A DNA stretch of 40,464 bases. It comes from an uncultured Pelagibacterales bacterium (GTDB taxonomy: Bacteria; Pseudomonadota; Alphaproteobacteria; Pelagibacterales; Pelagibacteraceae). A model generated the notes under the pieces. The model was not told the origin of the DNA and did no database searches. It saw only the letters and a program-made list of their open reading frames with translations. Made by a program: the position numbers and the translations under genes. The DNA lies in assembly GCA_913020625.1 (NCBI GenBank), contig CAJVZX010000001.1, positions 1 through 40,464 on the forward strand, read 5' to 3'. This document shows positions 1 through 7,913 of this stretch, one piece after another (the first letter of the stretch is position 1; the number at the start of each line of letters is the position of its first letter).

Positions 1-28
1 GACATCATTAAATTTCTGAATTATATAG

Positions 29-53
29 TTCCGATAATTAATGGTTATCGGAA
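29..53. repeat. perfect inverted repeat TTCCGATAA-N7-TTATCGGAA immediately upstream of the recombinase start codon
   Basis: Read directly: 29-37 is the reverse complement of 45-53. The right arm ends 4 nt before the ATG at 58 and covers the only purine-rich (GGAA) stretch ahead of it. Its function cannot be determined from sequence (operator, RBS-sequestering hairpin or recombinase half-sites are all possible). Confidence 0.8.
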
Positions 54-57
54 AAAT

Positions 58-972
58 ATGAGTGACTTAGTTACAGATGTAAAAAGTTTGGAATTGGAAA
101 CTTTGAATAATCTTAAAAGCTCTAAGTCTTTAAATACACTTAGGGCTTACAAGGCTGATTATAAAGATTTCGCTAGTTTTAGTATTAAGAATGGTTTTAA
201 GCCTATGCCATCTGAGCCAAAAATCATAACGCTTTACCTAACACATTTATCAAAATCATCAAAATTCAGCACGTTAAAACGAAGACTAGCATCTATAAGT
301 GTCATTCATAAACTTTCTGGTCACTACATTGATGTAAAACATCCAATGATTACCGAAAATTTGATGGGCATAAAGCGAATATTGGGTAGTCATCAAAAAG
401 CAAAAAAACCAATATTAATCAATGACTTAAAGCTAATTATTAATTTAGTAGATAAAGAAAAAAATGAAACAAATAGATTCAAAAACAAAGCATTAATACT
501 TGTAGGTTTTGCCGGCGGATTTAGAAGATCAGAGCTTGTAGCAATACTTTATGAGGATCTGGATTTCGTTCCAGAAGGGGTAAAAATATTTGTAAAAAGA
601 TCAAAAACTGATCAATCAGGCGAAGGAATGACTAAAGGCATCCCCTACTTTACCAATCCCGAATACTGTCCTGTGGTTTCTTTAAAGAAATGGATTGAAA
701 AATCAGAAATTAAATCTGGAAAAATTTTTGATATTTCAGATAAAAGTGTAGCTTTAACAATAAAAAAATATGCAGCTCTTGCTGGGTTAGATTCAAATAA
801 ATATTCAGGACACAGTTTGAGATCTGGATTTGCTACTTCGACTGCTGAATTAGGAGCCGAAGAAAGAAGCATAATGGCTATGACTGGTCACAAAACAACT
901 CAAATGGTAAGACGTTACATTCAAGAAGCAAATTTATTTAAAAATAACGCATTAAACAAAATTAAAATATAA
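58..972 (+). CDS. tyrosine-type site-specific recombinase/integrase, Cre-like subfamily
   Basis: 304-aa ORF with an ATG start. The catalytic signature appears in the expected order: GGFRRSEL (Arg I), RSKTDQSGEG (beta-hairpin Lys region typical of Cre-like enzymes), GHSLRSGFAT (His-x-x-Arg), TGHKTTQMVRRY (His ... Tyr nucleophile). The N-terminal core-binding segment is LNTLRAYKADYKDF. Confidence 0.85.
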   Translation: MSDLVTDVKSLELETLNNLKSSKSLNTLRAYKADYKDFASFSIKNGFKPMPSEPKIITLYLTHLSKSSKFSTLKRRLASISVIHKLSGHYIDVKHPMITENLMGIKRILGSHQKAKKPILINDLKLIINLVDKEKNETNRFKNKALILVGFAGGFRRSELVAILYEDLDFVPEGVKIFVKRSKTDQSGEGMTKGIPYFTNPEYCPVVSLKKWIEKSEIKSGKIFDISDKSVALTIKKYAALAGLDSNKYSGHSLRSGFATSTAELGAEERSIMAMTGHKTTQMVRRYIQEANLFKNNALNKIKI

Positions 973-1845
973 CTAGAAATATTTATTGTAAATATAATTT
1001 ATTTTACAAAAGAACAATTCTGCCAAGTAAAAAAAAGATATTTTAGGATTCTTTAGTGGACCATTATACTTTTTGGTAATTATACATTCGTTAAACTCAT
1101 ATTTGCTTCCATTTAAATAATATTTTAAAAAAAAACTAACACTTATACCCCACTTTTTTAAAAAGATTTTAGACCCCTTGTTTCTTTTTAAAGATTTCTT
1201 TTTTCTTAAGGATATTGAACCAAAATGGTAAACTCTACAATTGGATAAGCCTTTAAAAATTCTAATATTTTTTTTCCATAATTTCATATTAAGATCGGGA
1301 TCAGATCCAATACCAGGATTAAACTCTTCGCTTAACCCTCCCACACTGTTCCAGACATCTTTATGAATAAGATGTGGCGACCAGTGTGTGCCTTGAAAGT
1401 CATGGTGATCAATCAAATTAAATTCAGATAAGAGTTTTTTTTCATTGAAGTCATTGTGAGTAGTGCCGCAATTTAATTGGATATGTCCATTTACTGGTTG
1501 GATCATTGTTCCTGATAAATAAAAAAGATTATGACCTATTTTGGCTATCTCCTCATTAAAGGCAACGTCCCAACCCGGACAAAAATACATATCATCATGG
1601 CCGTAAATAATGTAATCAGTTGTGGTTTTCTTAACAGCAGTATTAACAGATGAGCATAATCCAATATTACAATGAGAGTATGTGTAATTTATTCCATTTT
1701 TCTTCACGAAATCTAGTGTACCATCAACCCCTTCATTAATATGAAGAATTATTTCGTTATTAAATTTTGAGTTTTTTTTAAGGCTATTTAAACAAATTTT
1801 TAAATAATCTATGTTGTTAAATGTGGGTATTATGACTGAAAACAT
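973..1845 (-). CDS. family 2 (GT-A fold) glycosyltransferase
   Basis: 290-aa ORF with N-terminal FSVIIPTFNN and a DxD-like YGHDDMYF. Its stop codon (973-975) directly abuts the recombinase stop (970-972). Confidence 0.8.
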   Translation of the reverse strand: MFSVIIPTFNNIDYLKICLNSLKKNSKFNNEIILHINEGVDGTLDFVKKNGINYTYSHCNIGLCSSVNTAVKKTTTDYIIYGHDDMYFCPGWDVAFNEEIAKIGHNLFYLSGTMIQPVNGHIQLNCGTTHNDFNEKKLLSEFNLIDHHDFQGTHWSPHLIHKDVWNSVGGLSEEFNPGIGSDPDLNMKLWKKNIRIFKGLSNCRVYHFGSISLRKKKSLKRNKGSKIFLKKWGISVSFFLKYYLNGSKYEFNECIITKKYNGPLKNPKISFFYLAELFFCKINYIYNKYF

Positions 1846-1863
1846 CTTTATGAGATTTTGAGG

Positions 1864-4023
1864 TTAATTATTTTCCCATAGATATTTATTTTTTTTATAA
1901 CTTATTCCTAAAGTATTGCAAACTATGTAATCAGCTACAACCGTTGAATTAAAATATTTCATGTATTTCAATTTGCCATTTTTAGCAATTTTTTTTCTTT
2001 GTTCGTCATCGCGAGCAAATTTTTGGATTTTTTCTGAAAGGTTAGATAAATTGTTATAAAATATTATTTCATTTTCTGAAAAAAAATTACTATAAAGCGT
2101 TTGATCATGAATAAAAGTTAGTAAACCATTGCCTATCAATTGAGCTATTCTATCACTGCTATAATACTTTATAGGGTCACCCCTACTCAAATTAACCCCC
2201 ATTTTTGCATTAGAAATTGATTTTAAAAATGAATCTGCCCAGACAGGTTGATTGTTATTAATTCCATGTAGGTCAAACTTCACATTAGGCGTTCTTTCAA
2301 CTAGCCTATTAACAAAATCAGATCTTTCGTCATATTTTCCCTTTTTCAGAGTACCTCTGTGAACCCCGTGACTTAATGCAAAAAAAACATCCACAGAACA
2401 CTGGTCGTTCTCATAATTTTTTAAAGTCTCAAATGAAGAATCAGCTGGATTTGGCATGAATAATGTTAGTTTATTTCTTGGTAAGAAATTTAAAACATCA
2501 GGTGATGTAGTAACAAAATTAGCATCTGTAAATTCTATTTTATCTAAAATTCTTGATTTATTTTTTTTTAGGAAATCTGGTCCGCCATTATTTGCGGAAA
2601 CACCAAATGAGTCAAGAAACCATTGTGCTATTTTAATATTTTTATAGTTTTCTTTTATATAAGCTAATGTCTCAGGTTTGATTTGATCTGCATGACCAAG
2701 AATTAATATATCTGGCTTATAATTGTATACAGTATTGATTAATTTTTGATTTAGTGAATTAGATCCTGTGTAATCCTTGATACTTTTATAGTGTTTAACT
2801 ATATCCCTGTCACTAAAACCTAAGACGCTGTGACCCAGTCTTATGAATCCGTTATTGAGCCTTCTTCCAGTATTAAAAAAAAGTCTACCATCATGACGCT
2901 CATTAAAATTAGTTACATGTAATATTCGTAGGCTTTTTGGTATTTTAATTTTGAAAGAATTTTTTAGAATTTTGAATTTTAATAAACTATCTCTATATTC
3001 ATCAATTTTTTTTGAACTTAATTTATTTGTATGAAAAAAATGTTTTAGAGATAGTTTTTGCAATTCATGTCTTAATTTATTATTTTCAATTAATTTTTTT
3101 ATTGCTAGATAAACGGAATCGACATTCAATTCTTTTATAATAACTCCGTGAGTGACAGTTTCAGGTAAACCACCTTTATTACTAATTATAGTCGCACAAC
3201 CTCTGCTGCTAGCTTCTAAGCTTGTTCTTCCTAATGGCTCATCCCATCTTGAACACGCCACCGCAATGCTAGTTTTTTCAAAAATTTTTAGAACTTTATC
3301 ATGATTTATAAAACCCATAATATCTAATCTTTTGTGTTTGAATGAAAGAGTTGATCTTGGTTCGTCACCTATAACTATCCCCTTCCAATTTCTATATTTT
3401 TTCAATATTTTTAAAGTTGCTTTTCCAAACAAATCATAACCCTTTGCACGATTTAATTTGCCAACAAATGTAATCCATTTTTTTTTATTTTTTAAATTTA
3501 TTCGAACAGGATTAGTGGATTGATAAATAACATTTAATTTTTCAGAGTTGACATATAAACCATCAACGCCTTCTAAAAATCTTTTTTTAGACCAATCACT
3601 ATTAAAAATAATTTTAGTAGTGTTTGACATTAACTCTTTACGATCCTTCACTGATCTAGAACCTGACATTGTTAAAGGATCATTATGGAAATATAAAACC
3701 ATTTTTTTATTTGGTTCCGCTTCAAATATTTGATGAAAATAATTGGGGCGATTATGAATTTCTATCAAATCTGAAGGATATTCTCTTTCAAACTTTAAAA
3801 ATTCATTAACATATAATTTACTGCCACTTTGAATTATTTTTTTTTTTAATTTTATGTTTTGATATTTAAGCTTATAAGCTTTTTTTAGGGTAGTATTACC
3901 AAAGATTGTAATATCATTTTTAAATTTACTCAATTGCACAGTATCTTTTATAAATAAAGATACAGCCCCAGCGTAGGTTGGGGAAAAATTTTCTTTATAT
4001 GGTAACAGAATTGAAATTTTCAT
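1864..4023 (-). CDS. two-domain glycosyltransferase (N-terminal GT4-like GT-B domain + C-terminal CgeB/Glyco_trans_1_2-like domain)
   Basis: 719-aa ORF. The N-half carries E-x7-E (EPLGRTSLE) and GCATIISNKGGLPET. The C-half starts near LRILHVTNF and contains FFALSHGV and NLSRGDPIKYYSSDRIAQ. It is a collinear paralog of 7914-10019. Confidence 0.7.
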   Translation of the reverse strand: MKISILLPYKENFSPTYAGAVSLFIKDTVQLSKFKNDITIFGNTTLKKAYKLKYQNIKLKKKIIQSGSKLYVNEFLKFEREYPSDLIEIHNRPNYFHQIFEAEPNKKMVLYFHNDPLTMSGSRSVKDRKELMSNTTKIIFNSDWSKKRFLEGVDGLYVNSEKLNVIYQSTNPVRINLKNKKKWITFVGKLNRAKGYDLFGKATLKILKKYRNWKGIVIGDEPRSTLSFKHKRLDIMGFINHDKVLKIFEKTSIAVACSRWDEPLGRTSLEASSRGCATIISNKGGLPETVTHGVIIKELNVDSVYLAIKKLIENNKLRHELQKLSLKHFFHTNKLSSKKIDEYRDSLLKFKILKNSFKIKIPKSLRILHVTNFNERHDGRLFFNTGRRLNNGFIRLGHSVLGFSDRDIVKHYKSIKDYTGSNSLNQKLINTVYNYKPDILILGHADQIKPETLAYIKENYKNIKIAQWFLDSFGVSANNGGPDFLKKNKSRILDKIEFTDANFVTTSPDVLNFLPRNKLTLFMPNPADSSFETLKNYENDQCSVDVFFALSHGVHRGTLKKGKYDERSDFVNRLVERTPNVKFDLHGINNNQPVWADSFLKSISNAKMGVNLSRGDPIKYYSSDRIAQLIGNGLLTFIHDQTLYSNFFSENEIIFYNNLSNLSEKIQKFARDDEQRKKIAKNGKLKYMKYFNSTVVADYIVCNTLGISYKKNKYLWENN

Positions 4024-4100
4024 AATGTTAAAAATTTATTACATGAAATAATATTTCATAAAACATTGCAAAGTGTCAAATTTATTGCAAAAAAATTAAA

Positions 4101-5045
4101 TTAAATTTTTGTCCAAGAATCTGGCCAAAAATTTAAGTTTGACGATGTATTTAGTTCTTTGTCTTTTGGACAAACAATAATTTTCTTATCGTAATTACAT
4201 AACCATGCTGGCCACCAATGAAAAGTTGTAGGGCCAACAATAAAATATTTACATTTACACATTAAAAGAAAGTCTAAAAATATTTTATTCTCAGCTTTGT
4301 TTTTAACAAAAGTAAATAAGTTAGTGTCAAAATGATTATTTAAATTTTCAAAGTTATTAGACCAAATCAAGAATTTAGGATTTTTAAGTTTTGATCTAAA
4401 GTATTCTACTCCTCGGTAAATATATTTCACGGTAAGCTTTTCAAAATCTGCAGTTTTTTGTAAATTGGCACTACTATTATTAGCAAATTCAGAAAATCTT
4501 TCTGCTCTAAAAGCAATTGATACAACATTTGAACTTTCAATTATTTTGATAAAAGGGTTATTTTCTAGGTTTGGAATTAACTTAAATGAAAATTCCTTCA
4601 ATAAGTCATTTCTATAGTCGTAAAAATATTTTTCACATTCAAAGTATCCTTCCATGTAAATTGTGTCGTGATAATTTTCTAATAGATATTGATCAGAGTA
4701 ATTAGTTTTTTTATTGCTGCTCATTTTTTCAATCAAGAAATTTTTTTTTTGACTAAATTTATCAAAGAATTTCATATATTTTCTTTTTAGATATTTTTTA
4801 GTGGATAAAAATTTATATTTATCATCAGCAATCTTTGTATTAAGACAAAACAACTCTAATTCGTAGTTGGGTTTCCAATTTATCCTTTTTTTTTTCTCCC
4901 ACTTTTTAAAGTCGTGTTTGATACCTGATTCATTATCGATCAATAAATTATAACCTAATTTTTTTGAAAAGCCGTAAGCAGCAGCATACAAAAACATTTG
5001 ATTTCCAAAACCGTTTGACATTTTTATTACTAGATTTTTAGACAT
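4101..5045 (-). CDS. GT11-like glycosyltransferase (alpha-1,2-fucosyltransferase family) with divergent donor-binding motif
   Basis: 314-aa ORF. It has the GT11 N-terminal motif GFGNQMFLYAAAYGF and the C-terminal motif LLMCKCKYFIVGPTTFHWWPAWL. The central HxRRxD motif is replaced by AFRAER. Confidence 0.7.
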   Translation of the reverse strand: MSKNLVIKMSNGFGNQMFLYAAAYGFSKKLGYNLLIDNESGIKHDFKKWEKKKRINWKPNYELELFCLNTKIADDKYKFLSTKKYLKRKYMKFFDKFSQKKNFLIEKMSSNKKTNYSDQYLLENYHDTIYMEGYFECEKYFYDYRNDLLKEFSFKLIPNLENNPFIKIIESSNVVSIAFRAERFSEFANNSSANLQKTADFEKLTVKYIYRGVEYFRSKLKNPKFLIWSNNFENLNNHFDTNLFTFVKNKAENKIFLDFLLMCKCKYFIVGPTTFHWWPAWLCNYDKKIIVCPKDKELNTSSNLNFWPDSWTKI

Positions 5046-5058
5046 TAAAATATAAAGT

Positions 5059-6192
5059 TTATTTATGCTGGAAAAAATTTTTTATCTCACTCACAATTCT
5101 TTTCATTTGAAATATTTTCAAATTTGGATGAAGCGGTAGACTTAAACATTGATTAGCCCAATTCTCAGAATTTTTTAGAGTAATTCTTCTATCAATAAAT
5201 TTTGCTTTATTTAAACTATAAGGATAATGAATCTGGCAATGAATTTTTTTAAATAAGAGATGTTTTATTAGTTTATTTCTATTCTTTGTTCTTATGACAT
5301 ACAAATGTCTTGATGAGCCTGGTTTCGTATCTGTAATCTTTATTTCTTTAATATTTCCTAAATGGTAATCATAAAAAATGGAAATTTTTCTTCTTATATC
5401 ATTTAACTTTAAAATTGATTTCAATTTATTTTTTAAGACTACAGCCTGAATGGTATCTAATCGACTGTTCATTCCAATTATATTGTGTTTATTTTTTTTT
5501 ACAGAACCCAAATTTCTTAGTAACAATAATTTTTTATATATTTTAAAATTATTAGTTGCAACTAAACCAGCATCTCCATATGCACCTAGATTTTTTGAAG
5601 GATAAAAACTGTAACAAGCTATATTAGCAAATTTTTCATTCCTTTCTTTTTTACAGCATTTTCTATTGGTATTTTTTCTACAATTGTAACAACTGTAAGC
5701 AAAATGGGATTGAGCACTATCTTCTATTATAAAAATTTTTTTTCCAACAACTTTTCTTAATTTTTTTATATCAACTTTTTGACCATATAAATTAACAGGT
5801 ATAATTGCTTTAGTTTTTTTGGTTATTAGTTTATGAATTTTTGTAATTGATACGAGACCAGTTTCCTCATCAATATCAGCAAAAACTATTTTAAAGTTAT
5901 TAAGTATAACTGCAAGACTCGTGGAAATGTAAGTCATTGCAGGAATAATAATTTCATCATCTTTTTGTAGATTTAATGACTTAATAGCCAATATCAACGC
6001 ATCAGTTCCAGAGGCGCAACCGACAGAATATTTAATTTTAGATAATTTTGAAAATGAATCTTCAAAATTTTTTACCTCATTCCCTAATATAAATTTTTTT
6101 TTTAGAATCGTGGAATACATTTCTTTTTTGATTGATAGATCAACCTTTCTTGATATTGGATTGACTTCGGTAAAATTTATTAATTTAACCAT
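5059..6192 (-). CDS. DegT/DnrJ/EryC1-family PLP-dependent sugar aminotransferase
   Basis: 377-aa ORF with GCASGTDAL, IIEDSAQSH and FYPSKNLGAYGDAG (Schiff-base Lys context). It contains an extra Cys-rich segment, CYNCRKNTNRKCC. Confidence 0.85.
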   Translation of the reverse strand: MVKLINFTEVNPISRKVDLSIKKEMYSTILKKKFILGNEVKNFEDSFSKLSKIKYSVGCASGTDALILAIKSLNLQKDDEIIIPAMTYISTSLAVILNNFKIVFADIDEETGLVSITKIHKLITKKTKAIIPVNLYGQKVDIKKLRKVVGKKIFIIEDSAQSHFAYSCYNCRKNTNRKCCKKERNEKFANIACYSFYPSKNLGAYGDAGLVATNNFKIYKKLLLLRNLGSVKKNKHNIIGMNSRLDTIQAVVLKNKLKSILKLNDIRRKISIFYDYHLGNIKEIKITDTKPGSSRHLYVIRTKNRNKLIKHLLFKKIHCQIHYPYSLNKAKFIDRRITLKNSENWANQCLSLPLHPNLKIFQMKRIVSEIKNFFQHK

Positions 6193-7129
6193 TGTTTCTA
6201 TTTATTTTATCTAATAGAAAAGTGACTTTCTCATTAAACTTTTTCTTAAAAAGATAATTATTATTTCTTTTGATTGCATAAAAGATATATTTAACCATTT
6301 TTGAAAGTGGCTCGTTAAGGTCAATTTCAGGTACTTCCAGGTTATATTTTGACCAATCATTTATAAATTTTTTTTTGTAAATTTTTATTTTATATAAAGA
6401 TTCGTTCTCATCGCAATATAAGGTAGCTCTTTGAAATTTAATTTTGATTAATCTTACTTTAGTAGGTGAAAGCCAAGAATTTCTAATTAATACATTAGAA
6501 CTATTTTTATATTTCAAATTAATATAAACGCTATCACACAAAGTATTTTTAAAATTTTTTTTTTTAATTGTTTGGATTCTATAAGGAAGTTTATTTATCA
6601 AGTATAGTAATATTGATATATCATGAGTTCCCAAGTCCCATATTACGTTTGCATCATTTCTTACTGGAGCTTGTTCTCTAAATGACTCTATCTCTAAAAT
6701 TTTTCCGTATTTATTTTTATCGATTATTTTTTTTATGAAATTAATAGTCCCTGAAAATAAAAAAGGATAGTCGACAAAAATCATCTTTTTTTTATCTCTT
6801 GCAATTTTATTTAATCTTTTGACATCCGTTAATGATAAAGAAAGAGGTTTTTCTACCAAAATATGCTTAAAATTTTCTAGAGCATATTTGGCAATCTTAA
6901 AGTGTGTTGCTGTAGGTGAGGAAATTATTACTAGATTATGCTGGTCACTTTTAATCGCCTTCTTAAAGTCTTTGTAACAATTAGCTAGAGGATAGTTTTT
7001 TTTAGCAGCAATTAAATTTTTTACCTTTTTATCAGATATTGAAACAATATTAAAAAATTCAGAATTTTGGAAATTTCTAGCTAACTTGCTACCCCAATAT
7101 CCATAACCTATTAAACAAGCATTAAACAT
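6185..7129 (-). CDS. Gfo/Idh/MocA-family NAD(P)-dependent sugar oxidoreductase
   Basis: 314-aa ORF with the N-terminal Rossmann segment LIGYGYWGSK and the EKP motif (HILVEKPLS). It overlaps the downstream aminotransferase start by 8 nt. Confidence 0.75.
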   Translation of the reverse strand: MFNACLIGYGYWGSKLARNFQNSEFFNIVSISDKKVKNLIAAKKNYPLANCYKDFKKAIKSDQHNLVIISSPTATHFKIAKYALENFKHILVEKPLSLSLTDVKRLNKIARDKKKMIFVDYPFLFSGTINFIKKIIDKNKYGKILEIESFREQAPVRNDANVIWDLGTHDISILLYLINKLPYRIQTIKKKNFKNTLCDSVYINLKYKNSSNVLIRNSWLSPTKVRLIKIKFQRATLYCDENESLYKIKIYKKKFINDWSKYNLEVPEIDLNEPLSKMVKYIFYAIKRNNNYLFKKKFNEKVTFLLDKINRNNG

Positions 7130-7135
7130 AAGAAT

Positions 7136-7903
7136 TTAGTATTTATACTTATTATTATTATTTTCAATTAAATAAATTTTATTATTTTTATAAACGCTCT
7201 TTTGGACTTGCACTCCATTAACTTTTGGTAACTGGTACGCTGGAAAAATTAGTGATCTAATTTTATTGTGTATCTTCATTGAGCTTTTCTTCAAGGTTAT
7301 TTTTATCATTTTTTTATAATTTACGCTGCCTCTACTATAATAACTGCCTGTGCTTAGAACTTGTTTTTTTAATTTATATTTAGAGTTAAGAATGTTATGT
7401 AAATTTTTTTTAAATAAAGTTATAGCGAATGCCATTAGTTTTAAATAATTTTCTTGAGCTGTATCATTAATTCTAATTTTAAATTTCATTTGATCAATTA
7501 TATCACCAGTATCAATACCTCTGTCAATTTTGTGGATCGTAACCCCTGAATATTTTTCGCCATTATAAATTTGAAAAAAATTGGTATGACAACCTCTATA
7601 TTTTGGTAGCAAACTAAAATGAAAATTAAATAAATTGTTCGTTTTAAACTTTTCAACTTTAATAATTTTCAAATACTCTAAAGAAAAAAAAAATAACTCC
7701 TTAATAGAATATAGTTCTTTAATTTTTACAATTCTTATTCTATTTTCAATTGCAAATTTTCTAAACGAAGGTTGCCAACCATCCCTACCTTTATCATTAT
7801 GATTCGGCAGAGCTAAAATTTTAATTTTTTTTTTATTTAAAGGGAGAATAAATTTCAAAGCATCTATAGCGCATTTGTTTTTTCCTGCAATACAAATATA
7901 CAT
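7136..7903 (-). CDS. sugar N-formyltransferase-like protein (formyl_trans_N family)
   Basis: Start moved to the ATG at 7903 (MYICIAGKNK...), because the 294-aa track ORF would overlap the upstream gene by 107 nt. Catalytic-type motifs are present: NFHFSLLPKYRG (Asn/His) and GIDTGDII (Asp). The resulting 255-aa size matches stand-alone sugar N-formyltransferases. Confidence 0.7.
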   Translation of the reverse strand: MYICIAGKNKCAIDALKFILPLNKKKIKILALPNHNDKGRDGWQPSFRKFAIENRIRIVKIKELYSIKELFFFSLEYLKIIKVEKFKTNNLFNFHFSLLPKYRGCHTNFFQIYNGEKYSGVTIHKIDRGIDTGDIIDQMKFKIRINDTAQENYLKLMAFAITLFKKNLHNILNSKYKLKKQVLSTGSYYSRGSVNYKKMIKITLKKSSMKIHNKIRSLIFPAYQLPKVNGVQVQKSVYKNNKIYLIENNNNKYKY

Positions 7904-7913
7904 CAGTAAGAAT

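Noticed and set aside
4043-4059. Perfect 8+1+8 palindrome ATGAAATA-A-TATTTCAT in the only sizeable (77-nt) gap inside the glycan operon
   Set aside because: It is all-A/T apart from one G:C pair per arm. By rough estimate, one or more such palindromes are expected by chance in 40 kb at this composition. A 1-nt loop cannot form a stable RNA hairpin. It is kept only as a note that an internal promoter or operator could lie in 4024-4100.
3837-6565. A/T homopolymer runs of 10-11 nt inside island genes (3837-3847, 4741-4750, 4886-4895, 6094-6103, 6555-6565) as possible slipped-strand phase-variation switches, as in some fucosyltransferase genes
   Set aside because: Runs of the same length occur just as often in core genes (for example 16262-16271, 19482-19491, 20141-20151). 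They simply encode Lys/Phe runs in this AT-rich genome. There is no enrichment in the island and no evidence of frame disruption.
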